Part shown: positions 53,462 through 62,773 of the stretch, piece after piece
Numbering within the stretch: the first letter of the stretch is position 1
Layout: each line of letters starts with the position of its first letter
NCBI GenBank assembly: GCA_965208125.1
Contig: OZ242320.1
Span: 3,862,482-3,926,481 of the forward strand
Length of the DNA stretch: 64,000 nt
Reading direction: 5' to 3'
Source: Candidatus Latescibacterota bacterium
GTDB lineage: Bacteria; Latescibacterota; UBA2968
Notes under the pieces: model-generated
Seen by the model: only the letters and a program-made list of their open reading frames with translations
What the model was told of the DNA's origin: nothing
The model's database searches: none
Made by a program: the position numbers and the translations under genes

Positions 53462-54259
53462 ATGCTTATAGATGTAAATGCCTGGCTCGGCACATGGCCT
53501 TTTCGTTCTCTGCGAGACAATACACCCGATGCGCTTATCAAACGCCTCGACCGCTCGGGCATTGACAAAGCCGTTGTCTCTTATATCGAAGCCGCATTTC
53601 ACAGGCATCCGCAATCGGCGAATGAACGGCTCGTCCGCGATGTTGAATCACATGGCGATCGCCTTATTCCAGTGGGTACTATTAATCCTCTGTCGCCGCA
53701 TTGGGAGGATGATCTGACGTCCTGTATTAATCTCGGTATGAAGGGGATTCGCCTTTTTCCTCAATATCACAATTACCAGACCGATGGTGCTGAAAGCCGA
53801 AGCGTCGTTCAAGCCTGCGCTCAGTGCAATCTTCCGGTTTTTATTCCGCACAGACTCGAAGATGTTCGCCAACATCACTGGATGGACCCGGGCCAGAGTG
53901 TTGACCTGGCACAACTCGCCAATTTGATTGAGGCTGTACCCGATGCCGCGATTATTATACCGAATGCCCGTCCGCTCGCGCGGTCGCCGCTCTGGATGCG
54001 AGAGGATCTGCGCGATTTGAACTGGTACGTCGATCTTTCGCTGGCAGAAATTCACTATGGTCTGCACAAAAGTACCAATGCGATGAAGGATTTGGGATAT
54101 TTGATTGAGGAAGGCGGTGCGAATCATATTCTCTTTGGCACGCATTTGCCCATTTCCTATGCTGGTCCGGCTCTTGTCAAACTCGCTATTCTGCCCGTCG
54201 ATGAAGAGACGCTCGAAGATATCAAATACCGTAAAGCTGCTAAACTTCTGAATCTTTAG
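53462..54259 (+). CDS. second Amidohydro_2-family hydrolase-like protein
   Basis: Start at ATG 53462; the listed 52943 start is an out-of-frame read-through of the previous gene. LIDVNAWLG replaces the HxH motif. GIRLFP, FIPHR and LFGTHLP are present. Confidence 0.6.
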   Translation: MLIDVNAWLGTWPFRSLRDNTPDALIKRLDRSGIDKAVVSYIEAAFHRHPQSANERLVRDVESHGDRLIPVGTINPLSPHWEDDLTSCINLGMKGIRLFPQYHNYQTDGAESRSVVQACAQCNLPVFIPHRLEDVRQHHWMDPGQSVDLAQLANLIEAVPDAAIIIPNARPLARSPLWMREDLRDLNWYVDLSLAEIHYGLHKSTNAMKDLGYLIEEGGANHILFGTHLPISYAGPALVKLAILPVDEETLEDIKYRKAAKLLNL

Positions 54260-54285
54260 ATTGTACCATCAAAATAGTGCAAACA

Positions 54286-54322
54286 AAATGCCCCTGTTTC
54301 TGCGAATGAAACAGGGGCATTT
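54286..54322. terminator. bidirectional hairpin terminator between convergent genes
   Basis: AAATGCCCCTGTTTC (54286-54300) pairs with GAAACAGGGGCATTT (54308-54322), with A/T-rich flanks on both sides. Confidence 0.7.
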
Positions 54323-54345
54323 GAGTAAGTATCAAGGAGATTTAA

Positions 54346-55956
54346 TCACACTTCTCGACACGGCTTTCGCACGATGACGAGGTTGAGGGTGGGATCCTGA
54401 AGGGCGTCTCGGAAGACGCTACGCATATGGTCGTCGGTGTCTTGTTCCTGTACTTCGCGGACTCGCGACGCACCGCAGGCAAGGGCGAGGTCGCGCATGG
54501 TGACTTGCGGTCCGGCTTCGCCGTTTATTTCAACGCCCTGATCGGGAGTGGTTTGTCCGCCAGTGGTAAGCGAGCCTCCATTGTCGAGTACCATAACAAT
54601 GGGTGTCGCACCTGTGGCGCGTGCATGGACGAGGGCATTGATGCCGCCGTGATAAAAGGCGGAGTCGCCACATATCGCAATGGTGCGTTCGGCAATGTCC
54701 GTTTTGCTCAGGCCACAGGCCACGCCAATGGCGGATCCCATCGAAAGTTTGGTGTCGAGCATAGGAGCGGCCATTACCACGCATCCCGGATCGGCAGATA
54801 TAAAGGGGTTTTGACCGAGGGCATTGGCTTCTTCGCGCAGTGCAGTAAGGATTTCCGTGAAGGGGCAGCCAGCGCAGTGGTTTTTGCGAAAGGGTTTTTC
54901 GCTTTCCCAATTTTCTTCGGTGTAGCGCGTGGTTGGCGAGAAATCGGGGAGATAGTCGTCGAGTGCGTTTTGTATGTGCCAGCGGAAGAGTTCGCCCACG
55001 CTGGTGAGATGTCCCGTGCGTTTGCCAAGGATTGGCGGGGTAAAACCGGTGTCGTAACCAATGGCTTTAATGGCGTCTTCAACATAGGGATCGACTTCTT
55101 CAACGACGAGTACTTCGCTACACTTTCCGAGAAAGTCCGCGATGAGTTTTTGCGGGAGGGGATACAGGGCACTGAGTTTGAGGATGGAGAGGTCAGATGT
55201 GTCGGCTCCGTCGAGTGCGTCGAGGAGTTTGGCGTGTACCATGCCACAGGCGATGATGCCTTTTTTTCCATCGCCATCTATGCTATTGAAGGGCAGGTCG
55301 CTAAATTGTGCGGTGGCGCGTGCGACTTTTTCGTGTAATTCTGCGTGGTTGCCTTCGGTTGTGCGAAGTGCCGATATCCAGCTCATTGGCTCGCGGTCGG
55401 GTTCACGGGTGGGGTGTTGCGCTGCGGGGCGAAAGTCGGAAAGAGCCTGCGTGCTGACGCTGTAACTTCTGGTCAGGCGCAATATCACGATGGATTGCAG
55501 GCTTTCTGAGTAGTCGAAAGCCCATTTTATCATGTCGCGGCCTTCCCCAGGCGTGGCGGGTTCGAGCATTGGAAGTTCGGCCAGGGGACCAAGGGTGCGT
55601 GTATCTTGTTCGTTTTGCGATCCCCATGCGCCGGGGTCATCGCCCATGACAATGACGAGTCCGGCGTGTACACCGGTCATGTTGAGCACCATCAGGGTAT
55701 CGAGTGCGACGTTCATGCCCACGCTTTTGAGGCATACGAGCGCGCGCTTGCCGCCCTGTGATACACCGGCAGCCATATCCAGGGCAATGCGTTCATTGAT
55801 ACACCATTCGGCATGGTGTCCGTGGTCTTTGGCCATTTCGGCCATGGCGTTAAATGTGTTTGTGCCGGGTGAGCCGGGATACCCGGTTACAACGCCGACG
55901 CCCGCTTCTACTGCACCCCAGGCCAGGGCGCGTTCTCCATCAATGGTTTGGGTCAT
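54346..55956 (-). CDS. TPP-dependent 2-oxoacid oxidoreductase alpha-like protein (IorA-like) lacking a recognisable Fe-S domain
   Basis: Start set to ATG 55956 (AGGAG upstream). GYPGSPGT, VCLKSVGMNVA and GDDPGAWGSQNEQD form the N-terminal Pyr domain. GDSAFYHGG…LDNGG forms the C-terminal PP-binding domain. No CxxCxxCxxxCP motif. Confidence 0.6.
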   Translation of the reverse strand: MTQTIDGERALAWGAVEAGVGVVTGYPGSPGTNTFNAMAEMAKDHGHHAEWCINERIALDMAAGVSQGGKRALVCLKSVGMNVALDTLMVLNMTGVHAGLVIVMGDDPGAWGSQNEQDTRTLGPLAELPMLEPATPGEGRDMIKWAFDYSESLQSIVILRLTRSYSVSTQALSDFRPAAQHPTREPDREPMSWISALRTTEGNHAELHEKVARATAQFSDLPFNSIDGDGKKGIIACGMVHAKLLDALDGADTSDLSILKLSALYPLPQKLIADFLGKCSEVLVVEEVDPYVEDAIKAIGYDTGFTPPILGKRTGHLTSVGELFRWHIQNALDDYLPDFSPTTRYTEENWESEKPFRKNHCAGCPFTEILTALREEANALGQNPFISADPGCVVMAAPMLDTKLSMGSAIGVACGLSKTDIAERTIAICGDSAFYHGGINALVHARATGATPIVMVLDNGGSLTTGGQTTPDQGVEINGEAGPQVTMRDLALACGASRVREVQEQDTDDHMRSVFRDALQDPTLNLVIVRKPCREV

Positions 55957-56061
55957 TTTTGTACTCCTGAATGAAAAATCGGGTGATAACATTGGAAATA
56001 TTAAAGTATGTGTAGGTGTATTTGTCAAGTAGAGAAGGGGTTGTACGGCGATGGGATAAAA

Positions 56062-57432
56062 TCAAATAAATCCAATTATACGCCAGTATAACAGGGTCAG
56101 CGGTAGCAGTGCGATGAGCGTTACCAGAGAAATTAGCGACATTACGAGTGCGAATTGGCCCATTCGAGCATAGCGAAAGCTGTATGCGACAATAAATGGC
56201 GCGCCCTGATAGGGAATGAAAACCACGCCTGTGCCGATTGCCAGACTGAGGGCGATGGGTAGGGGCGACAGGCCGAGTTGTGGACCGAGGTCGAGTAGAA
56301 AGGGGGCGAGCACGCCGCCAACCGCAGCGGTGTCCATTAAAAAATCAAATGGCACGGCCAAATACGCTATGATGGCGAGTTGGGCAATGGGGGTTTCGAC
56401 TGTTTGGAGATGGTGGATGAATACGGATGCGAGGGCGCGGTTGAGGCCAGATTGTTCGAGGGCGTGACCAATGGCAAAAACCGCGGAGATAAATATGAGA
56501 AGGGGAAAATTGACTTTTTTGATGGTGTCAAAGGGCAGGGGACCCCAGCCGGGCAGGTAGCAGAGGAGGACGAGGCCCAGGCCGATATAGACCGGGTGAA
56601 TGCCGTGTATAATATCGGTCGTCCACAGGAGAACACCTGCGATGAGAATGCCGAGTATTTTTTTTTCGGGACCGGTCATGTGTGTGGGAACATCGGCGAT
56701 AGTGGAATGGCCCGAGAGATCGGGTTCCCGCGAGGGGCGAAATAGCAAGCGGATAAGGCCGTAGAGCAGGCCAACGCGCAGTAGGCCAATGATGGGAAAG
56801 AGATAATAGGCCCATTCGCTCCAGTAGATTGTGATATTGCGCGATTCCAAAACGCCGAGAATGACCAGGTTGGGTACGCCGGCCGTCAGGATGCCCGTGC
56901 CGCTGTAATACGTGGCGCAGGTCAGCGAGAGAACGAGGGCAGCACTGACTTTTGAGTTGGGGGCTTCGCCGAGGGTTTTGAGCAGAGAGACGACCATTGG
57001 CATCAAGATGAGGACGCGCACGACGCCAGAGGGGATCAGCAGTGCCATTGTTAGGCCCAGGATGTGCAGGCCAAAGACGAGTTGCCGATACCCACTCAGG
57101 CGACCGAGTACGCTTTGGGCCATTCGCGCCCCCAGCGGTGTTTCGGTAATGCCCAGGCTCAATGCCATTCCGGCAAAGACGAGCCAGACGGCTTTGCCGG
57201 AGAAGCCCTGAAATGTGGTTTCAAAAGAGAGAATTTTGAGAAGTGGAAAGAGTGTGAGGATGAAGATGGCGGTGTAGGAAATGGGGATGGGTTCAAAGGT
57301 CCAGAAAATAACGGTGAGCGCGGTGAGTGCGAGCGCCATGCGGGCAGATATGCCGAGGTCACTGGGAAAGATGAAAATAAATAGTGCCAGCGCGGGACCG
57401 AGGATAAGGCCAATGATTTGAGATCGGGTCAT
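56062..57432 (-). CDS. SLC13/DASS-family anion:Na+ symporter (sulfate/di-tricarboxylate type)
   Basis: 456 aa and polytopic. The N-terminal region (…LTALTVIFWTFEPIPISYTAIFILTLFPLL…FAGMALSLGI) has the DASS family pattern. Confidence 0.7.
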   Translation of the reverse strand: MTRSQIIGLILGPALALFIFIFPSDLGISARMALALTALTVIFWTFEPIPISYTAIFILTLFPLLKILSFETTFQGFSGKAVWLVFAGMALSLGITETPLGARMAQSVLGRLSGYRQLVFGLHILGLTMALLIPSGVVRVLILMPMVVSLLKTLGEAPNSKVSAALVLSLTCATYYSGTGILTAGVPNLVILGVLESRNITIYWSEWAYYLFPIIGLLRVGLLYGLIRLLFRPSREPDLSGHSTIADVPTHMTGPEKKILGILIAGVLLWTTDIIHGIHPVYIGLGLVLLCYLPGWGPLPFDTIKKVNFPLLIFISAVFAIGHALEQSGLNRALASVFIHHLQTVETPIAQLAIIAYLAVPFDFLMDTAAVGGVLAPFLLDLGPQLGLSPLPIALSLAIGTGVVFIPYQGAPFIVAYSFRYARMGQFALVMSLISLVTLIALLPLTLLYWRIIGFI

Positions 57433-57644
57433 AGGATTAGCGGTCAGCGGTCAGCTTTCAGCCCTCTCCCATCCACCCCAAAGGCGATCAATCTGTTTTA
57501 TTGTTGGGATTGGATTGGGCGATGAAACAACTAACAACATAATAGCGCAGTGAAGGAGAGACAAATGAATTGTGGGCAGATGGATTCGCTATTGATTAAG
57601 TACAAGAAATCGCGTAGTTTAGCGCGGAGAAAGGAGATAAGACT

Positions 57645-58814
57645 ATGAATTTTAGAGGCAAATTGGTTGATACGTCGCAGGTTGTGACCGTGCAAACAGA
57701 TGGCGAGCAGATCGCTGCTATTCATCGCGGGGTGGAGGGTGATGCGATTGGTGGAGATGATGTGTGGATTGCACCGGCGATTTTTGATGTGCAGGTCAAT
57801 GGTGTGGGTGGGATCAACTATAAAGCTAAAGATTTGACGGTGGAGAAAATTGTGGAGACAGCGGGGTGGATGCACAGGACTGGTACGGGTTTGTGGTGTC
57901 CAACGGTGACGACTTCATCTGAGGAAGATGCGGTTCACGGTCTGGAACTGTTGGCAAAGGCGTGTGAAGAATCAGAAGTCGCGCGCGCGTCTTTTGTCGG
58001 GTTTCACGTTGAGGGGCCTTATATCGCGTCTGAAGATGGTCCCCGCGGGGCGCATCCCCTGGCGCATGTGCGCGATCCGGATTGGGATGAATTTCAGCGG
58101 TATCAAGAAGCGGCTGGTGGGCGTATTGCGATTTTTACGCTTGCGCCCGAGCGAGACGGCGCATTGGAATTTATTGAGAAGGTGGCTGCAACAGGTGTTA
58201 TTGTTTCAATTGGTCATTCGGGTGCGAGTCCCGAGCGCATCCAGGCGGCGGTTGCCGCCGGTGCCCAAATGTCAACCCATCTGGGCAATGGCGCGCATGC
58301 CGAGTTGCCGCGCCATCCCAATTATATATGGGAACAACTCGCGGCAGATGCGTTGTGGGCAGGGATTATTCCCGATGGATTTCATCTGCCGCCTGCGGTG
58401 TTGAAGAGTTTTTATCGCGCAAAAGGCAAAGAACGCCTGTGTTTGGTGAGCGATGTGGCATCTATCGCTGGTCTGCCGCCGGGTATTTACGGCAGCGAGA
58501 GCGGGTTGGGACAGAGCGAGTTACACGCCAATGGCAAAATTTCTCTGGCGGGAACGCCTTATCTGGCGGGTGCGGGTTTGTTTTTGGATAGTGGCATTCC
58601 CAATGCCGTGCGGTTTACAGACGCTTCGCTGTCCGATGCCATTGAAATGACATCGATCAATCCGGCGCGTTTGTTGGGGATAGAAGAGCGCGTGGGGTCT
58701 GTGGAAGCCGGCAAAGAGGCGAGTCTGTCTCTGTTCCGCTGGGAAGAGGGACAGGAGAAATTGGACGTGGTGGCAACGGTGGTGCGCGGGCGGATTGTTT
58801 ATCAGGCTGCATAA
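57645..58814 (+). CDS. nagA: N-acetylglucosamine-6-phosphate deacetylase-family amidohydrolase
   Basis: 389 aa. FDVQVNGVGG (E. coli-type DVQLNG in place of HxH), GFHVEGPYI, SIGHSGAS and STHLGNG are collinear with NagA. The substrate could be a related N-acetyl-hexosamine derivative. Confidence 0.7.
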   Translation: MNFRGKLVDTSQVVTVQTDGEQIAAIHRGVEGDAIGGDDVWIAPAIFDVQVNGVGGINYKAKDLTVEKIVETAGWMHRTGTGLWCPTVTTSSEEDAVHGLELLAKACEESEVARASFVGFHVEGPYIASEDGPRGAHPLAHVRDPDWDEFQRYQEAAGGRIAIFTLAPERDGALEFIEKVAATGVIVSIGHSGASPERIQAAVAAGAQMSTHLGNGAHAELPRHPNYIWEQLAADALWAGIIPDGFHLPPAVLKSFYRAKGKERLCLVSDVASIAGLPPGIYGSESGLGQSELHANGKISLAGTPYLAGAGLFLDSGIPNAVRFTDASLSDAIEMTSINPARLLGIEERVGSVEAGKEASLSLFRWEEGQEKLDVVATVVRGRIVYQAA

Positions 58815-58825
58815 AGGAATGCGAT

Positions 58826-59674
58826 ATGGCGAAGAAAAAGGTTGTTCTAACAGGTGCATCGGGCTATGTGGCAGGGCGGATGTTGCCGGCATTGCGCGAG
58901 AGGTACGATCTGACATTGCTGGATGTGAAGACGACCAACCGCGAGAGTGAAGAGGTTGAAGGCGTGCAAGTTGTGGATTTGGAAAATCCGGATCGGGATG
59001 CGTATCGCGCCCATTTTCAAGGTGCCGATGCCGTGGTACACAGTGGGTTTAAGGGGACCGTAGATTGGCAACACACGGATTATTGGAAAGAGTCCGATAA
59101 TATTCGGATGTGCTACAATGTGTACCAAACGTGTGTCGAAGAAGGTGTGAAACGCATTGTGGTGATGAGTTCAAATCACGCATGCGATTTTTACGAGCGG
59201 TTGATCTGGGCTGACCGATTGGATTTTGCCACGACTGATATGCTGCCTTTGTCTGATAATTTTTACGGTTGGGCAAAGTCGTCGTACGAACATCTGGCTT
59301 TTGTGTTTGCAACGGGTAATGCGACCAATGGCAAGCGGTTGGAGAGTGTTCACATCCGCATTGGCGCGCCCCGAGATACCATTATGGAAGGGCAGTCGGC
59401 AGATGATTTGAAGCAGTTGCACCGGGAATTGGGCGCGTATTTGAGTGCGCGGGATTTGTCGCAATTGGTGATTAAGAGTATTGAGGCAGAGAATATTGAG
59501 GATGAAAATGGGGTGCCGTTTCAGGTGTTTTTTGGCATTAGTGGGAATACGCACCGGTTCTGGAATATCGACAATGCAAGACGCGTTGTGGGATACGCGC
59601 CAGAGGATGATAGTCAGATTCGATTTGCGGGGAATATTGCAGATATTATTCGAGAAGCGCAGAAAAAGCAATAA
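58826..59674 (+). CDS. NAD-dependent SDR, uronate-dehydrogenase-like
   Basis: 282 aa. LTGASGYVAG (Rossmann), SSNH, YGWAKSSYE (YxxxK), IRIGAP and a WNIDNARRVVGYAPED tail resemble Agrobacterium/Pseudomonas Udh. Confidence 0.6.
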   Translation: MAKKKVVLTGASGYVAGRMLPALRERYDLTLLDVKTTNRESEEVEGVQVVDLENPDRDAYRAHFQGADAVVHSGFKGTVDWQHTDYWKESDNIRMCYNVYQTCVEEGVKRIVVMSSNHACDFYERLIWADRLDFATTDMLPLSDNFYGWAKSSYEHLAFVFATGNATNGKRLESVHIRIGAPRDTIMEGQSADDLKQLHRELGAYLSARDLSQLVIKSIEAENIEDENGVPFQVFFGISGNTHRFWNIDNARRVVGYAPEDDSQIRFAGNIADIIREAQKKQ

Positions 59675-59686
59675 CGGGTTTTGAAT

Positions 59687-60811
59687 ATGAAAATTACGGG
59701 GTTTGAGACGATTCCCATTCGGGGTCGGGCGATGATTTTGAAGATGTTTACGGATGAGGGATTGGTGGGGTATGGCGAGCCGATGAATTACGAGCATTGG
59801 CGCGTGGTGGCGCAGGCTGTAGAGGATATGGCCGAGTACCTGGTGGGCAAAGATCCGCTGAATATCGAAGATCACTGGCAGGCGATGTATCGCTCGAGTT
59901 ATAGCCGGAGTATGCCGGTGTTGGTCGGTGCGCTGAGTGGGATTGAGATGGCGATGTGGGATGTGTTTGGCAAAATGGTTGGGTTGCCGGTTTGGAAACT
60001 TTTGGGTGGGAAAGTTCGCGATCGCATTCGCGTGTACACAGGTACGGGCGGGACGACGCCAGAAGAATGTGCGGAGAATGCGAGCCAGAAGGTGGCAGAG
60101 GGCTTTCGCGCTGTGAAGATGGGAGCTTCACCGAGTCCTGTGAGATTTGTCGATACGCCAGAGAAAATAGATTTTATGGTTTCTCGCGTTGCTGCTGTGC
60201 GCGAAGCTGTGGGCTATTCGGTCGATATTGCGGTGGATTTGCATCGGCGGTTGAGTCCGACGATGGCTGCGATTCTGGTGAAGGAGTTGGAGCCGCTGCG
60301 TCCTCTGTTCGCAGAGGAGCCGTGTCATCCGGAAAATAACGAGGCGTTATTGGCGCTGTCCCGGGGTACAACTGTGCCCATTGCCACGGGTGAACGGCAT
60401 TTGACGCGCTGGGGATTTCGCGAGCTCATCGAGCGAGAGATGTGCGCGATTTTGCAACCGGATATTCGCCATTGTGGGGGTATGTTGGAATTGAAAAAGA
60501 TTGCGGGGATGGCAGAGATTCACAATATGGCGATTGCACCGCATAACGCGGCAGGGCCTGTGGGGGTGGCAGCGTCGGTGCATGTGATGGCAACGATTCC
60601 AAATCTGTTGATTTGCGAGGGGGGGCATAACCGTGGAGAGGGCTTGTTTAAGACGCCTCTAATTTTTCGAGATGGTTTTATTGAATTGCCAACCGAGCCG
60701 GGTTTGGGTGTGGATATGGACGATGATACGCTCGAGGCATTGCGCGATGAATCTTATCGCCTGCGCGGGATGTTCTGGCATGAAGATGACGGTTCTTTTG
60801 CGGATTATTGA
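59687..60811 (+). CDS. enolase-superfamily sugar-acid dehydratase/cycloisomerase (paralog of 576..1721)
   Basis: GLVGYGE, SGIEMAMWDVFGK, LLGGKVRDRIRVY, VDLHRR, FAEEP, ATGER, LQPD.RHCGG and APHN. Start is ATG 59687, or TTG 59681. Confidence 0.8.
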   Translation: MKITGFETIPIRGRAMILKMFTDEGLVGYGEPMNYEHWRVVAQAVEDMAEYLVGKDPLNIEDHWQAMYRSSYSRSMPVLVGALSGIEMAMWDVFGKMVGLPVWKLLGGKVRDRIRVYTGTGGTTPEECAENASQKVAEGFRAVKMGASPSPVRFVDTPEKIDFMVSRVAAVREAVGYSVDIAVDLHRRLSPTMAAILVKELEPLRPLFAEEPCHPENNEALLALSRGTTVPIATGERHLTRWGFRELIEREMCAILQPDIRHCGGMLELKKIAGMAEIHNMAIAPHNAAGPVGVAASVHVMATIPNLLICEGGHNRGEGLFKTPLIFRDGFIELPTEPGLGVDMDDDTLEALRDESYRLRGMFWHEDDGSFADY

Positions 60812-62015
60812 GAAAAAGCGTTTGATGATCGTTGTGATTCTGTTGCTATTTGCCAGCAGTTATGTGGAGGCGATAGAGAGGGATGTGCTGGCAGTCCGGC
60901 GAGAATACAACGATGTGTCCGCTGCTGTAGATAGTCTCGTGCGGATGATGCAGGTGGCAGATGCCGAGGTGTTGAAGAAGCTGCCCGAAACGCGTCCCGA
61001 GCGCATTTTGCCCGAGGGGATGACGGCTGTGATGATTTTTTGGGCAGATGACGAAGCGCGGGTTTGGCTCAATGATTTTCCCGTGGGTGAGACCCGGTTG
61101 ACACCCGTGGAAGTAACCGTTCCGGATTTGTATTTTCAAGGACAAAATCGCCTGCGTGTGCGGTGCTGGGATACAGATAGGGTAGAGAGTGGTTTTTTGG
61201 GTGGGTTATACCTGAAAGATGGTGCTGGCAAGTTGTACCCCATTGTGGTTTCCAATGGGGCCTGGGAGACCTCAGGAGGACGGGCAACGGAAATTACTTA
61301 TGCCCATCCGATGCCGGATATTCCCGGTGCGCAACCGATTTGGGACGTGCGTATGTTTGGGTTTGTAGATATGGCCATCACATTTGACCGGGGTGCGATT
61401 GATCGCGCTGTAGAAACCGCGTCTGCAAGACCAATGGCTGCGCGGCAACAGGCGATGGATTATCACACCTTTGCCCAACAACTCGCTATTTTGCAGGGTC
61501 GGCGAGAAAAATTAAGAGCAGATTTAGCGCGTCAGGGCGATCTCAGTGTGCCGCTTTACAATTGGGAACGCGCCCGTTCTGCATCGCTGACACTGGGAAA
61601 AGCCGCGCCTTTGACTGAAAAGGTGTCGGCGCCAGTGGCAGAAAATGTGCGGTCTTGGTCGGAGAAGTTACCGGCGGTGCAGCAGCAGTTGATTTATCCA
61701 GACCGCCGCGCGTTAAAAGGAGAAGGTGCTGTAACTGCGGTCGAGGATGATGTGGTTTCCACTGCGAGTGATCGCGGTAGTCGCGAGCAGGCGTATCGCC
61801 CTCCTGAAGAGCGCGGTGGGACGAAAAGTGAAACAAAAACAAAAGATGAGGGAGTCGATGCCCAGGTGCAGCCGCAGAGGATGAGACGCGGTGGTGGGGG
61901 TGGGCAATCGAGTCAGGCTACGCGATTGGGATTGTTGTTGCCAACGCTGATAGTGGGAATTTATGTGTTATATGTGGCCATACGCTGGCAATCATTAATG
62001 GGAGAAAGCGATTGA
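60780..62015 (+). CDS. bitopic envelope protein of unknown function: N-terminal signal/anchor, beta-sandwich, coiled/disordered region, C-terminal TM helix
   Basis: The in-frame ORF starts at 60672 inside the previous gene. Plausible starts are ATG 60780, ATG 60786 or ATG 60825. Hydrophobic N-terminus (LMIVVILLLFASSYVEA), sandwich-like segment (AVMIFWADDEARVWLNDFPVGE…RLRVRCWD) and C-terminal TM (LGLLLPTLIVGIYVLYVAI). The stop overlaps the next start. Confidence 0.55.
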   Translation: MKMTVLLRIIEKKRLMIVVILLLFASSYVEAIERDVLAVRREYNDVSAAVDSLVRMMQVADAEVLKKLPETRPERILPEGMTAVMIFWADDEARVWLNDFPVGETRLTPVEVTVPDLYFQGQNRLRVRCWDTDRVESGFLGGLYLKDGAGKLYPIVVSNGAWETSGGRATEITYAHPMPDIPGAQPIWDVRMFGFVDMAITFDRGAIDRAVETASARPMAARQQAMDYHTFAQQLAILQGRREKLRADLARQGDLSVPLYNWERARSASLTLGKAAPLTEKVSAPVAENVRSWSEKLPAVQQQLIYPDRRALKGEGAVTAVEDDVVSTASDRGSREQAYRPPEERGGTKSETKTKDEGVDAQVQPQRMRRGGGGGQSSQATRLGLLLPTLIVGIYVLYVAIRWQSLMGESD

Positions 62016-62773
62016 TGTACGGATTACACTGGTCTGAATTGTTATCACTGGTTCTTTTTTGGGTGGTGTGTGCGATAGCAGGTGCATTGATTTTAATGCA
62101 ACGCTTAAGTACTATTTGTCGTTACGAAAAGCAATTTGGCCTGCCCGAGTCCAATTGGTCTGGTGCTATAATAGGTGGATTGAGCGGTGCTGGCGTGGCG
62201 AGTATTGGTATTTATTTTTATTTTTTTGCACCAGCAGCCGCGGGTTGGGTCGAGTGGACGGGGCGTTCGGCTTATGTGCTCGTTTTGGGCAGTTCGGCAG
62301 CGCATCTGGTCACGTTTATTCATTTTTGGCGGCGATGGGGTGCAGAAGGCGCGGAAACAGGTAATTTGACGGCATTGCGCCAGGAGCAGGTGGATAAATT
62401 TCGCCAGAGCCGCGAGAATTATGCGGACTTAAAAGCTCGCGATGACGAGGCAGTAGATGAGTTACTCGCTGTGTTTGGCGAGCGTTTGTTGTCCGAGCAG
62501 CGCGCTTTGAGTCGCATTCCGTTTTATGGGTATTTGGGTACTGTGTGCGGTATTTTGCTGATGGCCCAAGAGCTGACCAGACTGGATGAAGCGACCGAGA
62601 CGTTTAAGGTGTTGCGCGATATGGCAGGTGGACTGGTGCTGGCATTTCAGACAACGCTCGTCGCCTTGCTTGCCTATTTGCCGCTTCGAAAGGGCTATGA
62701 TATGTTGCTGAATCGCATGTCTGATCTGGAACGCAAATGGCTGGATATGCGCGAAGAGGAGAAAAGAGGGTGA
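62012..62773 (+). CDS. MotA/TolQ/ExbB-family proton-channel protein (divergent, 5 predicted TM)
   Basis: 253 aa. The C-terminal pair of helices (GYLGTVCGILLMAQ… and GGLVLAFQTTLVALLAYLPL) fits the MotA_ExbB signature, preceded by a cytoplasmic helical loop. The start is coupled to the upstream stop (TGATG). Confidence 0.65.
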   Translation: MMYGLHWSELLSLVLFWVVCAIAGALILMQRLSTICRYEKQFGLPESNWSGAIIGGLSGAGVASIGIYFYFFAPAAAGWVEWTGRSAYVLVLGSSAAHLVTFIHFWRRWGAEGAETGNLTALRQEQVDKFRQSRENYADLKARDDEAVDELLAVFGERLLSEQRALSRIPFYGYLGTVCGILLMAQELTRLDEATETFKVLRDMAGGLVLAFQTTLVALLAYLPLRKGYDMLLNRMSDLERKWLDMREEEKRG

